DNA of 64,000 nucleotides from the NCBI GenBank assembly GCA_002269645.1, contig NIVC01001916.1:158048-222047 (forward strand). Direction: 5' to 3'. Source of the stretch: Macrostomum lignano. Its lineage: Eukaryota. How positions within the stretch are numbered: the first letter of the stretch is position 1; each line of letters starts with the position of its first letter. Under the pieces are notes generated by a model that was given only the letters and a program-made list of their open reading frames with translations, was not told the origin of the DNA and did no database searches. The position numbers and the translations under genes are program-made. Shown in pieces: positions 38,225 through 50,333 of this stretch.

Positions 38225-39019
38225 ACGTGCTGAGTTCTGTATTGTTATTTATCCTTTTCTCGATGGAAGCTTTAGGTGGGAACCGGTCTCGGCCTGGCCC
38301 TGAGGTCACTGGCTCGTAGCGGTCCGAGAGACCGCTGCTCGGCTCAATTTTGGAATTGGCCGCGCGGAGGTTGAGGCGGGCGGGCCCCTGGAACTGGTCC
38401 TGCTTGGGCTTATCTCGAGTCCATGCTCAATGTTGGTTGGCTGAGAGATCATCGAATCGCTCTGAATTACTAAATTGCTCTCGAATGTTTTGCAATTACG
38501 TTGGTACTATGGAGCGAATAGTAAAGATAGTAAAATTTTGGCTATTGTTTTGGCCCTGGCAGAGGGCAGAGTCAAGTTGAGGTGTCACGCGGTGGAGTGT
38601 GGCTCTAAGTGGTTCTACGCTCGTAGTAAAAAAGTCAGTTTAGCTGCTCAAGCAGACGGCAAGATAACCCATGAGCTAAAGTAGGTGCGAAGATCGGTGA
38701 CAAGGTAAGGCTAGGAGGTTGGGTGTGTGCAGTTCGTTCTGGAAAACTGACTTCACTAAGAAGGTGTGAAGATTTTCAGGATAACATGTTAACGTGTTCG
38801 CTCGTATTTGGGTGAACTGTAGTATATTGACATGCTGTAGGACACTATCACTCTCACTTGACAAAAGTTTTTTTATTGCTTGACGACTGGCTTATGGTGA
38901 GACAGAATTTTAAATGGTGAGATACGATAAGGATTATACACGATGAAGTGTTAATTGAGAATTGATGAGCTGAAAACCAAATCAATCACCAAGTTTACTA
39001 ACCACTAAATCCTCACCCC

Positions 39020-39550
39020 AATGAGCAGTGGGCATTAATGAGTAGTGGGCATTCACCTTGATGAGCAGTGGGCATTCACCCCAATGAGCAGTGGGCATTC
39101 ATCCCAATGAGCAGTGGGCACCTTAATGAGTAGTGGGCACTCACCTTAATGAGCAGTGGGCACTCACCTTAATGAGCAGTGGGCATTCACCTTAATGAGC
39201 AGTGGGCATTCACCTCAATGAGCAGTGGGCATTCACCTTAATGAGCAGTGGGCATTCACCTTAATGAGCAGTGGGCACTCACCTTAATGAGCAGTGGGCA
39301 TTCACCTTAATGAGCAGTGGGCATTCACCTTAATGAGCAGTGGGCATTCACCTTAATGAGCAGTGGGCACTCACCTTAATGAGCAGTGGGCATTCACCTT
39401 AATGAGCAGTCGGCACTCACATTAATGAGCAGTGGACATTCACCTTAATGAGCAGTGGGCGCTCACCTTAATGAGCAGTGGGCACTCACCTTAATGAGCA
39501 GTGGGCATTCAACCCAATGAGCAGTGGGCATTCATCCCAATGAGCAGTGG
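39020..39550. repeat. 23-bp minisatellite CACCTTAATGAGCAGTGGGCATT
   Basis: Tandem array seen directly. Confidence 0.95.
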
Positions 39551-40226
39551 GTGACTGCTGACTGGAAGTTCACCAAAATAAGTAGCTGTTGCCTGTTAGT
39601 AACCCGAATGAGCGGACGGTACGTCTTCGTCCCCAACGAGCGAATGAGCAATGAGTTAGTCACTCCCAATGAGCCAATGAGCACGAGCAGTCGGCATTCA
39701 CGCCAATGAGAGGTAACTAATCAATATGGAGTGAATTTGCAGTGAGCATTCACTCCATTAAACCCCCAGAACTCGTAAGAGATCTGTTTACAACCTCAAA
39801 TTTCCGGTCGAAGAAATTTCTAGTTTGTAAACTCTCGGGCTCGTAAAACGATTTTACAAGTTGCCACACATGATTATTGACCCTTATCATGCCAACTAAT
39901 TTGAACTAACCTTAACCACCACTCAAAGGCAGCAAATTAATTGTTTTCGCGCAATACAATGTCTATGTTCTGAAACTAAGAATTATATAAATAACAAGTA
40001 AATTTAAGTAAACGGCAGAGGCGAGATAAGACACGCTTAGTGTGCTCGATAAAGCGCGTTTAAATATGAATAATTTACATTCAAGTAAAGGCAGGCTCTC
40101 TTTCCCACGGATCGTTCTTTCTCTCTCTCTCTCTTACCCTCTCACGTCTCTGCGTACACGCCGGTTTTTATTTTAAGGGTTGAATGTACGTCCCGTCAGT
40201 TGGACAAACCCCCCTCCCCACCTAAC

Positions 40227-40322
40227 GGCCCGCCGCTAGCGGAGCCCATCCCACGCTAAAAATAGCCCGTTAACGGGACCCAGCCCACGGTGGGATGGGC
40301 TCCCTTAGCGGGGGCCAGCCCA
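40227..40322. mobile_element. ~95-bp palindromic MITE-like repeat; second, inverted copy at ~49959-50054
   Basis: Internal inverted arms GCTAGCGGAGCCCATCCCAC / GTGGGATGGGCTCCCTTAGC; no TSD recognised. Confidence 0.6.
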
Positions 40323-43045
40323 TGAGCGGAGAGGGAGAGGTGGGGTGGGTGTTGGGTGAGTGTGGAACGCCAGTGCGCACTAGCGTACTAGCACTGTACT
40401 AGCAATGAAGCTAGCTGAAAACACTGCACATCCGTGACTCATTTCTCGTATATTAATGTATGCTGGATGAAGACGGCTCTTTGTCTTTCCCAACTCTCCC
40501 AAAATTAAAAAACTCCTAGAACGCATTTCGTTTTAAGCTGCAAGGAATTGTATTCTTTAAAGAAACGCGTTTCATTCAACGTATAGTTTCTACTTTTTAA
40601 TACATATCATTTATCAAACTATTTGACTCAGTTGAATCTTTAAGATCTTGAGATTTATTCTTAATACGCTCGTAAGGCTTTCGTTATTTCTTTATTCCAA
40701 AGGTAAGCAAACGTTGGTTCTTAATTTGCATTGTACTCATTGTATTTTCTTTTATGTCTAGCTTATAATTGCAATATGCTAGGAATCTTATATTCTTCCA
40801 AAACCTTAAAGGTGGAAATATGGTCAAAGAAAAATAGTACAGGCGCAAGAAGTGAGGACGACTAGCCATCCATTTCGTTTCAAACGTAAAAGATTTAAAA
40901 AAACAAACTTAGCAAAGTAAGGTACTAAGTGAGATATTCTAAAATTGACAGACAGGCTAATTTCCTAATTCGCAGAATCGCTGAGTCCCAGTTTTCTAAT
41001 TTCTATAGATTGGACTTGTCCTTTAGCAGTTATCTTTATTTTCAGAATACTCGTATACTGCATCCGTTTGTAAATATTGTCAAAAAAGGCGGAAAAATAA
41101 ATTTTGAATTTCCGCACAAAGTTAAAAAATTAGGAATTTGAACAAAATTTAAATTCACGCGGATATTCAAAATCTCACGTTCGATAAATTCTGGCAATCT
41201 GGCGCCCCCTTTGGCACTTCATTGGCCCTGAAATACTTGAATTGTGGTTGCTGTATGATCTTATTTCCTTTTCTAGTTTAGGAAGTCAAATAAAGAGTAA
41301 AGTAGTCAAATAAATTGATCTTATGCTGGAGTACAAATAGATACTGAATGTTAGCATTTTAAGCAAAGCGATAATATTGTTTGGAATTCTGTTTACACTA
41401 GAGCAAACTGATCTTTCGGACCCGCTCGTATTTAAGATAAAACTTTGAAAATAAAACAAAAATGGTAGAAAAGAAACAATTAAAAAGGGATAATAATTAC
41501 CCAGTGTTGGGCACGATACTCAGAAAAAGTATCGGTTAAAAGCGATACTCTGATACCCTGTCTGAAAAAATATCGCCCTTCGATACATATCGGCTGTTTT
41601 GTGATTTTAATTTACAGTTGCTCAGGTTGCACTGAAGTCGCAATCCGCCGCAATCAACCCGCAGGTGACAGAATCCGCTGCCAGCAGACCTCATGGCTGG
41701 CTAGCCGTGGTTTGGCTACTCGGGACGCTGTTCACCTCCCCTGCTGAACGAGGCCATCGCTGATTTTGTCCGCTAAGATGGCGTTCCGCAACGATGGCCG
41801 GCCGGCGGCCACGTTCTGATGCTTGGCGGCGCCGCCTAGTGAGTCATTGCATCCTACCACAACAGATGAGCACATTCCATCCATAATTGACTCGTCTAAA
41901 ACAAATAGCCCCAGTCGGAATCCATAAATCCTTATCTGATTACAACTGTATCGTAAATTCTGAATTGTACTTCTGAATTGTACTTCTGAATTGTACTTCT
42001 GAATTGTACTTCTGAATTAACACCCCTCGTAAATTGAATTGCGAAGTATAAAAGTTCAGTAAAACAGAAATACTGAAGTATACTGAACTGACTAAAAATG
42101 ACACTTTTAAAATATTTCGCAACAGCTGTAGCCAGGGGCGCGGATTTAGGGGTCTGGTGGGAGCGCCACTCCTCCCAGCGCTCCCTAGGAACTTTTATTA
42201 CCTGGATACCTAGGTACTTCTTCCTAGGTACTAGAATTTACCTTGGCTAGTAATCGACATACTGATTTACTTTGCTAAAATTCTACAGTTTTTGACGCAA
42301 GCAAGGCTGGGCCGTTAAATCATTGATGAAACAAGTTACAACCTTAGAAACTGTAAATTAATATCACAAAACAGCCGGCATGTATCGAAGCAACGAAACT
42401 AACCAGTCAAAAACACATTTTGCACTCTCATCCAGATTCTGCCCGATCGCTACGAGGGCTTCTAGCGCGCTCTGCCGTTGCCGGAGTGCAGAGGGCGAGA
42501 TTGCCGCCTGGCCACTCGGCTGCCGGCATTCTTTGTCCAGCCGGACCTGGAGCCCAGGATGTACAACGCCTATGGCCTGGCCGCTGCGATGTCATAGGGG
42601 CACCACAAACCTGCACTTGGATATCGCCTGGATACTTTGGTCACCATAGCAACATTAATAGAAAATGAGAAGCAGATGAATGTTTATTTAAAACCAGTTT
42701 GATTACTTTTATCCCAGATTTAGACTATGAAACACCCGATGGCCGATATGATACGAACTAAGTTTTGTTATTTTTCAGTTTCAACTGCTCCTGTCTTTTC
42801 GTGGTTCATATTTTCAGAATTTAACTAGCAATCAGCGCCCCCCCTTGGGGAGCCAAAAAATGCAGTACGAGTTTTTTTAATAAACTACATGTAGATTGTA
42901 GTGTCTCTTTGCAATAACCTCAGCAATCGCTTGTAAGCGTTGACATCTCAGCAATTCCTCCCCCCACAAGTCTTAACATATCAAACCCCCCCCTTGAAAT
43001 CTGAGCGATGACCCCCATAAGCCTTGAAATCTTAAAAAATCTGTC

Positions 43046-43069
43046 AACCCTAACCCTAACCCTAACCCT
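43046..43069 (-). repeat. Interstitial telomeric repeat (TTAGGG)4
   Basis: (AACCCT)x4 on the + strand. Confidence 0.85.
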
Positions 43070-43599
43070 AAAGCATTGCCATTTTAGTAATTCTCCCCAA
43101 GAGTCATTATAACATTACAGCATTATAGCAATTCCTCCAAGCCTTGACATCGTAGCGATTCCCAAATGAATCTCCTAACTTTGACATGACTCTTCTTTTA
43201 TATCTACTTTCATCTGTTTAAAATGACGCTTCTTCTATTAGCGCCCCTCGTGGGGAACTAACAAAGAATGTAATAAAAAAGTGAATAAACTACATGTAGC
43301 TTCTGAATTTTACCTAGGCATCTCAAAAATCCCTCATAAGCATTTACGAGTACATCTCAGTTATTCCCCGTGAGCCTTAACATCTCAGTAATTCTCCTCA
43401 AGAGTCACAGCACAGTTTCACGTGACTCTTCTTTTATTTTGAAATGACGCTACTTTTTGACATGACGCTTCTTTTTACATGATGCTTATTGATTTTTACG
43501 TAATGCTTCTATTTTTTTACATTTTTTTACTTTTTTCATTTTTACATAAAGCTCATTTTCTTTTCTACATGACGCCTCTGTTATTTTTACCGGACGCTT

Positions 43600-44240
43600 T
43601 TATGATTTTTTACATGACGCTTCTATGATTGTTTACATGACGCTTATATGATTGTTTACATGACGCTTCTATGATTTTTTACATGACGCTTCTATGATTG
43701 TTTACATGACGCTTCTATGATTTTTACATGACGCTTCTATGATTTTTACATGACGCTTCTATGATTTTTTACATGACGCTTCTATGATTTTTTACATGAT
43801 GCTTCTATGATTTTTACATGACGCTTCTATGATTTTTTACATGACGCTTCTATGATTTTTACATGACGCTTCTATGATTTTTACATGACGCTTCTATGAT
43901 TTTTTACATGACGCTTCTATGATTTTTACATGACGCTTCTATGATTTTTTACATGACGCTTCTATGATTGTTTACATGACGCTTCTATGATTTTTACATG
44001 ACGCTTCTATGATTTTTTACATGACGCTTCTATGATTTTTTTACATGACGCCTATATGATTGTTTACAGGACGCTTCTATGATTTATTACATTATGCTTG
44101 TATGATTTTTACCGGACGCTTCTATGCTTTTTTACATGACGCTTCCATGATTGTTGACATGATGCTTCTATGATCGTTTACATGACGCTTCTATGATTGT
44201 TTGCATGACGCTTCTTTCATTTATACATGACGCTTCTTTT
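43600..44240. repeat. ~21-23-bp minisatellite ACATGACGCTTCTATGATTTTT
   Basis: Tandem array seen directly. Confidence 0.93.
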
Positions 44241-44559
44241 TTTGCTTTTATTAGCTGTGTTTTGATATTAGAATACACATACAGGCGCAGTCCCAAGGCT
44301 TTTTGCCGAATTTTGCGGACACGTTTGTGGACAAGTCTGGCTTGAGTTTATGGTTTGACAGCCACTTTGACTTGTCATTTTCTTCTACCAAAAACCGATT
44401 AAAGGCTTTCAAACCTTTCGATAAAAGGTGCCATAAATATTTATGCGAAGACTACATCTATATTTACTTGTATAGCTAAAGAAACTAGAACGTCAGAAGC
44501 TTCCCCTCACCATTCCCCTCTGAGGGATATAAACAAGTGCATCTTATCAGGGATAAGTA

Positions 44560-45200
44560 ATTAGAAATCGTGGATTCGGATTCCAACATGAGGAACCAGG
44601 GATATAAATTTAGAAATCGTGGATTCGGATTCCGAAATGAGGAATCAGGGATATGGAATTAAGAATCGTGGATTCGGATTCCAACATGAGGAATCAGGGA
44701 TATGGAATTAGAAATTGTGGATTCGGATTCCAACATGAGGAATCAGGGATATGGATTTAGGAATTGTGGATTCGGGTTCCAAAACGAGGAATCAGGGATA
44801 TGGATTTAGGAATTGTGGATTCGGGTTCCAAAACGAGGAATCAGGGATATGGATTTAGGAATTGTGGATTCGGGTTCCAAAACGAGGAATCAGGGATAGG
44901 GATTCGGAATCGGGGATTGAGATAAAAAAAAATGAGCTTCTCACGGTTCTATGATAGCTGGCAGTCTTTCAAACATTTAGAAAAAGGTGCCATAAGCTCC
45001 TCTCTGCCTTATGAATTATGATAAATGATCCAGTCTTTCAAACATTTAGAAAAAGGTGCCATAAGCTCCTCTCTGCCTTATGAATTATGATAAATGATCC
45101 AGTCTTTCAAACGTTTAGAAAAAGGTGCCATAAGCTCCTCTCTGCCTTATGAATTATGATATCTGACCCAGTCTTTCAAGTTTCTCGCAAAAGGTGCCAT
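44560..45200. repeat. Adjacent 49-bp and 69-bp tandem arrays
   Basis: 49-bp unit GAGGAATCAGGGATATGG.. at ~44560-44915; 69-bp unit starting CAGTCTTTCAAAC at 44962, 45031, 45100, 45169. Confidence 0.88.
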
Positions 45201-45791
45201 ATGCCCTTCTGGGAAAGGGAATTAAGAATCGTGGATTGAGATTAAAAATGAGCTTTTCTAGGTTCTATGATTTCTGGCAGTCTTTCAAACATTTAGACAT
45301 TCAAACATTAAACATCAAATATTGTTTCATACATTATATATACTACACCTTGTGGGATTACACGCAGGTGCGGTTTTAGTTGGGGGGGGGGGGTTAAAGG
45401 CCTATTCAAAGGCTTAATAAACTTCATTAGGAAGATTTCCGTCTGCGAAAACTCTGATTCCCGCCCTCATGCGCCCTATCTCCCCCCCTCCCCCCCTACT
45501 CCTGTAGGTTAGGGTGATGAAAGATCAGAAGAGTGATATACTGTAAAGGAGAGGATCGCGAGATAGGACAATAGGTAGAGATACAGACTACCTATAGGGT
45601 AGGACGAGAGTAGCATGACTGAATGGCCTGGAGGAAGGTGATAAAAAGCGATAAAAGCGATATGGGCGATTCTGTGTGGCAACATAACTCATCACTAACA
45701 GTGCATCGAGTGGGTTAAAGATTAAGACAAAGGCATTACACAATTAAGTAGTAAAAGTAAATCATAAGTTAATTATAATAACTTCGTAAAT

Positions 45792-46266
45792 CTCAGCAAC
45801 ATCGAAAAGTCGCCATCACAGAAGTCTGTGGTCGTCACTTTTGAAAGTGCAGGTGAAGTCTCTCAATCTTTGCGAGTGACGCAACGCCACGCGGCAGACT
45901 TGAGTTGAGGAATGAAGTGGGGGAGCGGTGTGCGAGGGTTGAACGGATTAAAGCAGCGGTTCTCAACCTTTTTTCAGGCGACCCTAATTTATTCACTTGC
46001 ATCATTTTTAATGTTCGCGACCCCTTTTAAAATTAATATACATGTAATGCATTATTATGTATGACAACTCACACATTTCTTCGTGCTGCGACCCCCAGAA
46101 AATGGTCACGCAACCCCACTGGGGGTCGCGACCCATAGATTGAGAACCACTGGATTAAAGCTACCTTGATTAGTTTATATCAGATATTTTATTTATAATA
46201 TTTTAAAATAGTCCAAGAGATATTACTCACTGGCGCATAGAGTGGCGACTTTTCAATGTTGCTGAG
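45792..46266. mobile_element. Older TIR element hosting the hAT MITE
   Basis: 24-bp inverted repeats CTCAGCAACATCGAAAAGTCGCCA / TGGCGACTTTTCAATGTTGCTGAG; no clear TSD. Confidence 0.55.
45954..46152. mobile_element. hAT-type MITE, 199 bp
   Basis: TIRs CAGCGGTTCTCAACCT / AGATTGAGAACCACTG; perfect 8-bp TSD GATTAAAG at 45946-45953 and 46153-46160. Confidence 0.93.
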
Positions 46267-46414
46267 TAACGATATTTAGTAGATCCTGAACTCTCAGCAA
46301 ACAGTGATCTAGATGGAGTATACCTAATTGAAAAATAATCAATAACAAAACAATAAACAATAACAAGTCCGAAAATGACACTTTTGATTTTTATAGTGCC
46401 AAATAGAAATAAAT

Positions 46415-49400
46415 CTGCTCAAAGCTCAAATCGGCGCTGGAAAGCTCAAATCGGCGCTGGAAAGCTCAAATCGGCGCTGGAAAGCTCAAATCGGCGCTGG
46501 AAAGCTCAAATCGGCGCTGGAAAGCTCAAATCGGCGCTGGAAAGCTCAAATCGGCGCTGGAAAGCTCAAATCGGCGCTGGAAAGCTCAAATCGGCGCTGG
46601 AAAGCTCAAATCGGCGCTGGAAAGCTCAAATCGGCGCGGGAAAGCTCAAATTGGCGCCGGAAGTCAAATTTGGCGCCAGGATCACCAAATCTACGCCAGG
46701 GATCGCCGAATCAGCGCCGGAATGCTGAAATCCGCTCGAGAAAACCTAAACCAGCGCTAGAGAGCTGAAACCAGCGCTAGAAAGCTCAAATCGGCGCGGG
46801 ATAGCTCAAATTGGCGCAGGATAGCTCAAATTGGCGCAGGATAGCTCAAATTGGCGCAGGATAGCTCAAATTGGCGCAGGATAGCTCAAATTGGCGCCGG
46901 TCGGCGCCAGGATCACCGAATCAGCGTCGGAATTCTAAAATCAGCGCCAAAAAGCCCGGACCAGCGCTAGAAAGCTCAAATCGGCGCAGGATAGCTCAAA
47001 TTGGCGCGGGAAGTCAAATTTGGCGCCAGGATCACCAAATCGGCGCCAGGATCGCTGAATAAGAGCCGGAATGCTGAAAACAGCGCCAAAAAGCCCGGAT
47101 CCAGCGTTGGAAAGCTGAAATCGGCGCAAGATAGCTAAAATTGGCGCGTGAAAGCTCAAATTGGCGCCGAAAGTCAAATTTGGCGCCAGGATCGCCGAAT
47201 CGGCGCCAGGATCATCAAATCGGCGCCAGGATCGCTGAATCAGCGCCGGAATGCTGAAATCAGCTCAAGAAAACCTAAACCAGCGCTAGAAAGCTCAAAT
47301 CGGCGCAAGATAGCTCAAAAAGGCGCGGGAAAGCTCAAATTGGCGCCGGAAGTCAAATTTGGCGCCAGGATCACCAAATCGGCGCCAGGATCGCTGAATC
47401 AGCGCCGGAATGCTGAAATCAGCTCAAGCAAACCTAAACCAGCGCTAGAAAGCTCAAATCAGCGCTAGAAAGCTCAAATCGGCGCAGGATAGCTCAAATT
47501 GGCGCGGGAAAGCTCAATTTGGCGCCGAAAGTCAAATTTGGCGCCAGGATCACTAAATCGGCGCGAGGATCGCCAAATCAGCGTTGGAATGCTGAAATCA
47601 GCGCCATAAAGCCCGGACCAGCGCTGGAAAGCTTAACTTGGCGCGGTAAAGCTCAAATTGGCGCCGAAAGTCAAATTTGGCGCCAGGATCGCCGAATCGG
47701 CGCCAGGATCATCAAATCGGCGCCAGGATCGCTGAATCAGCGCCGAAATGCTGAAATCAGCTCAAGAAAACCTAAACCAGCGCTAGAAAGCTCAAATCGG
47801 CGCAGGATAGCTCAAATCGGCGCGGGAAAGCTTAAATTGGCGCCGGAAGTCAAATTTGGCGCTAGGATCACCAAATCGGCGCCAGGATCGCTGAATCAGC
47901 GCCGGAATGCTGAAATCAGCTCAAGAAAACCTAAACCAGCGCTAGAAAGCTCAAATCGGCGCAGGATAGCGCAAATCGACGCGGGAAAGCTCAAATTGGC
48001 GCTGGAAGTCAAATTTGGCGCCAGGATCACCAAATCGGCGCCAGGATCGCCGAATTAGCGCCGGAATGCTGAAATCAGCTTGAGAAGACCTTAACTAGCG
48101 CTGGAAAGCTCAAATTGGCGCTAAAAAGCCCGGACCAGCGCTGGAAAGCTCAAATCGGCGCGGGAAAGCTCAAATTGGCGCCGGAAGTCAAATTTGGCGC
48201 CAGGATCGCCGAATCGGCGCCAGGATCATCAAATCGGCCCCAGGATCGCTGAATCAGCGCCGGATTGCTGAAATCAGCTCAAGAAAACCTAAACCAGCGC
48301 TAGAAAGCTCAAATCGGCGCAGGATAGCTCAAATAGGCGCGGGAAAGCTCAAATTGGCGCCGGAAGTCAAATTTGGCGCCAGGATCACCAAATCGGCGCC
48401 GGAATGCTAAAATCAGCGCCAAAAAGCCCGGACCAGCGCTAGAAAGCTCAAATCGGCGCAGGATAGCTCAAATTGGCGCGGGAAGTCAAATTTGGCGCCA
48501 GGATCACCAAATCGGCGCCAGGATCGCTGAATAAGAGCCGGAATGCTGCAAACAGCGCCAAAAAGCCCGGACCAGCGTTGGAAAGCTCAAATCGGCGCGG
48601 GAAAGCTCAAATTGGCGCCGGAAGTCAAATTTGGCGCCAGGATCACCAAATCGGCGCCAGGATCGCTGAATAAGAGCCGGAATGCTGAAAACAGGGCCAA
48701 AAAGCCCGGACCAGCGTTGGAAAGCTCAAATCGGCGCAAGATAGCTAAAATTGGCGCGTGAAAGCTCAAATTGGCGCCGGAAGTCAAATTTGGCGTCAGG
48801 ATCACCAAATCGGCGCCAGTATCGCCAAATCAGCGCTAAAAAGCCCGGACCAGCGCTGGAAAGCTCAAATAGGCGCGGGAAAGCTCAAATTGGCGCCGGA
48901 AGTCAAATTTGGCGCCAGGATCACCAAATCGGCGCCAGGATCGCTGAATCAGCCCTGGAATGCTGAAATCAGCTCAAGCAAACCTAAACCAGCGCTAGAC
49001 AGCTCAAATCAGCGCTAGAAAGCTCAAATCGGCGCAGGATAGCTCAAATTGGCGCGGGAAAGCTCAATTTGGCGCCGAAAGTCAAATTTGGCGCTAGGAT
49101 CACTAAATCGGCGCGAGGATCGCCAAATCAGCGTTGGAATGCTGAAATCAGCGCCATAAAGCCCGGACCAGCGCTGGAAAGCTTAACTTGGAGCGGTAAA
49201 GCTCAAATTGGCGCCGAAAGTCAAATTTGGCGCCAGGATCGCCGAATCGGCGCCAGGATCATCAAATCGGCGCCAGGATCGCTGAATCAGCGCCGAAATG
49301 CTGAAATCAGCTCAAGAAAACCTAAACCAGCGCTAGAAAGCTCAAATCGGCGCAGGATAGCGCAAATCGGCGCGGGAAAGCTCAAATTGGCGCCGGAAGT

Positions 49401-49806
49401 CAAATTTGGCGCCAGGATCACCAAATCGGCGCCAGGATCGCCGAATTAGCGCCGGAATGCTGAAATCAGCTTGAGAAGACCTTAACTAGCGCTGGAAAGC
49501 TCAAATTGGCGCTAGAAAGCTCAAATCGGCGCAGGATAGCTCAAATTGGCGCGGGAAAGCTCAAATTGGCGCTAGAAAGCTCAAATCGGCGCAGGATAGC
49601 TCAAATTGGCGTGGGAAAGCTCAATTTGGCGCCTAAAGTCAAATTTGGCGCCAGGATCACCAAATCGGCGCCAGGATCCCCAAATCAGCGCTGGAATGTG
49701 CCAACGAGCGTAGAAGTGGCAGCATATATCAGCTTGCTACTTCTGGGCGCCAAGTTTAATATACCGGCGCCAATTTCAGCCTTTGGGCGCCAATTTTAGC
49801 GCCCTG
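46415..49806. repeat. Complex GGCGC(C)-core satellite with a 1550-bp higher-order duplication
   Basis: Starts as pure ~21-bp AAAGCTCAAATCGGCGCTGG(A) units; block from ~47430 recurs from ~48980; ends TTTTAGCGCCCTG. Confidence 0.92.
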
Positions 49807-50333
49807 GCAAGGTCAATGCATTTAGTTCTCACTCAATGGAGCCGAAAAAAAAGTTTTTTTTCTATTTTGAATTAGTGCCATGTATCTTGACAACCAATGC
49901 GAGTCAAGTTCTGGCGTCTGCTTCTCCACAGCCCCGCAATGGCATATCCTAACCATTGTGGGCTGGCCCGCGCTAAGGGAGCCCACCCCACCGTGGGGCG
50001 GACCCCGCTAACGGGCTATTTTTAGCGTGGGATGGGCTCCGCTAACGGGCGGCCATAAACTGCCCTCCCCCGCTATTTAGAAAAGCAAGCAATGTACATT
50101 CAGTCAGTTTGTACGCGCGGGAATGAAATAGACGGGCAGCCCAGTATGTTCCAAATGGCCAAGTGGACAGAGAGAGAAGCACAAAGCACGAACTAGGAAC
50201 TAACTAAACCCACCAAGCGAGATAAAATGTGGCGGCGGAGCCAAATATTTTCCTAGAAACGCAATACGAACTGCCGAAAACTGCCAAAAAAGTATAGTTG
50301 ACAAGGACGCGTAAAAATTAAAACCTATTTAAA

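Noticed and set aside
41502-41600. CAGTGTTGGG hAT-like end with CGATAC subrepeats; similar CAGGGGCG ends at ~42133 and ~53394
   Set aside because: No matching second TIR or TSD could be confirmed, so these were not listed as elements.
42380-42668. GC-rich coding-like fragment (..[23 protein letters not shown]..)
   Set aside because: Short, interrupted and without recognisable homology or supported splice structure.
46375-49799. Repetitive Lys/Arg/Ser-rich ORFs (KFGARITKSAPGS..)
   Set aside because: Translations of the GGCGCC satellite, fragmented across frames.
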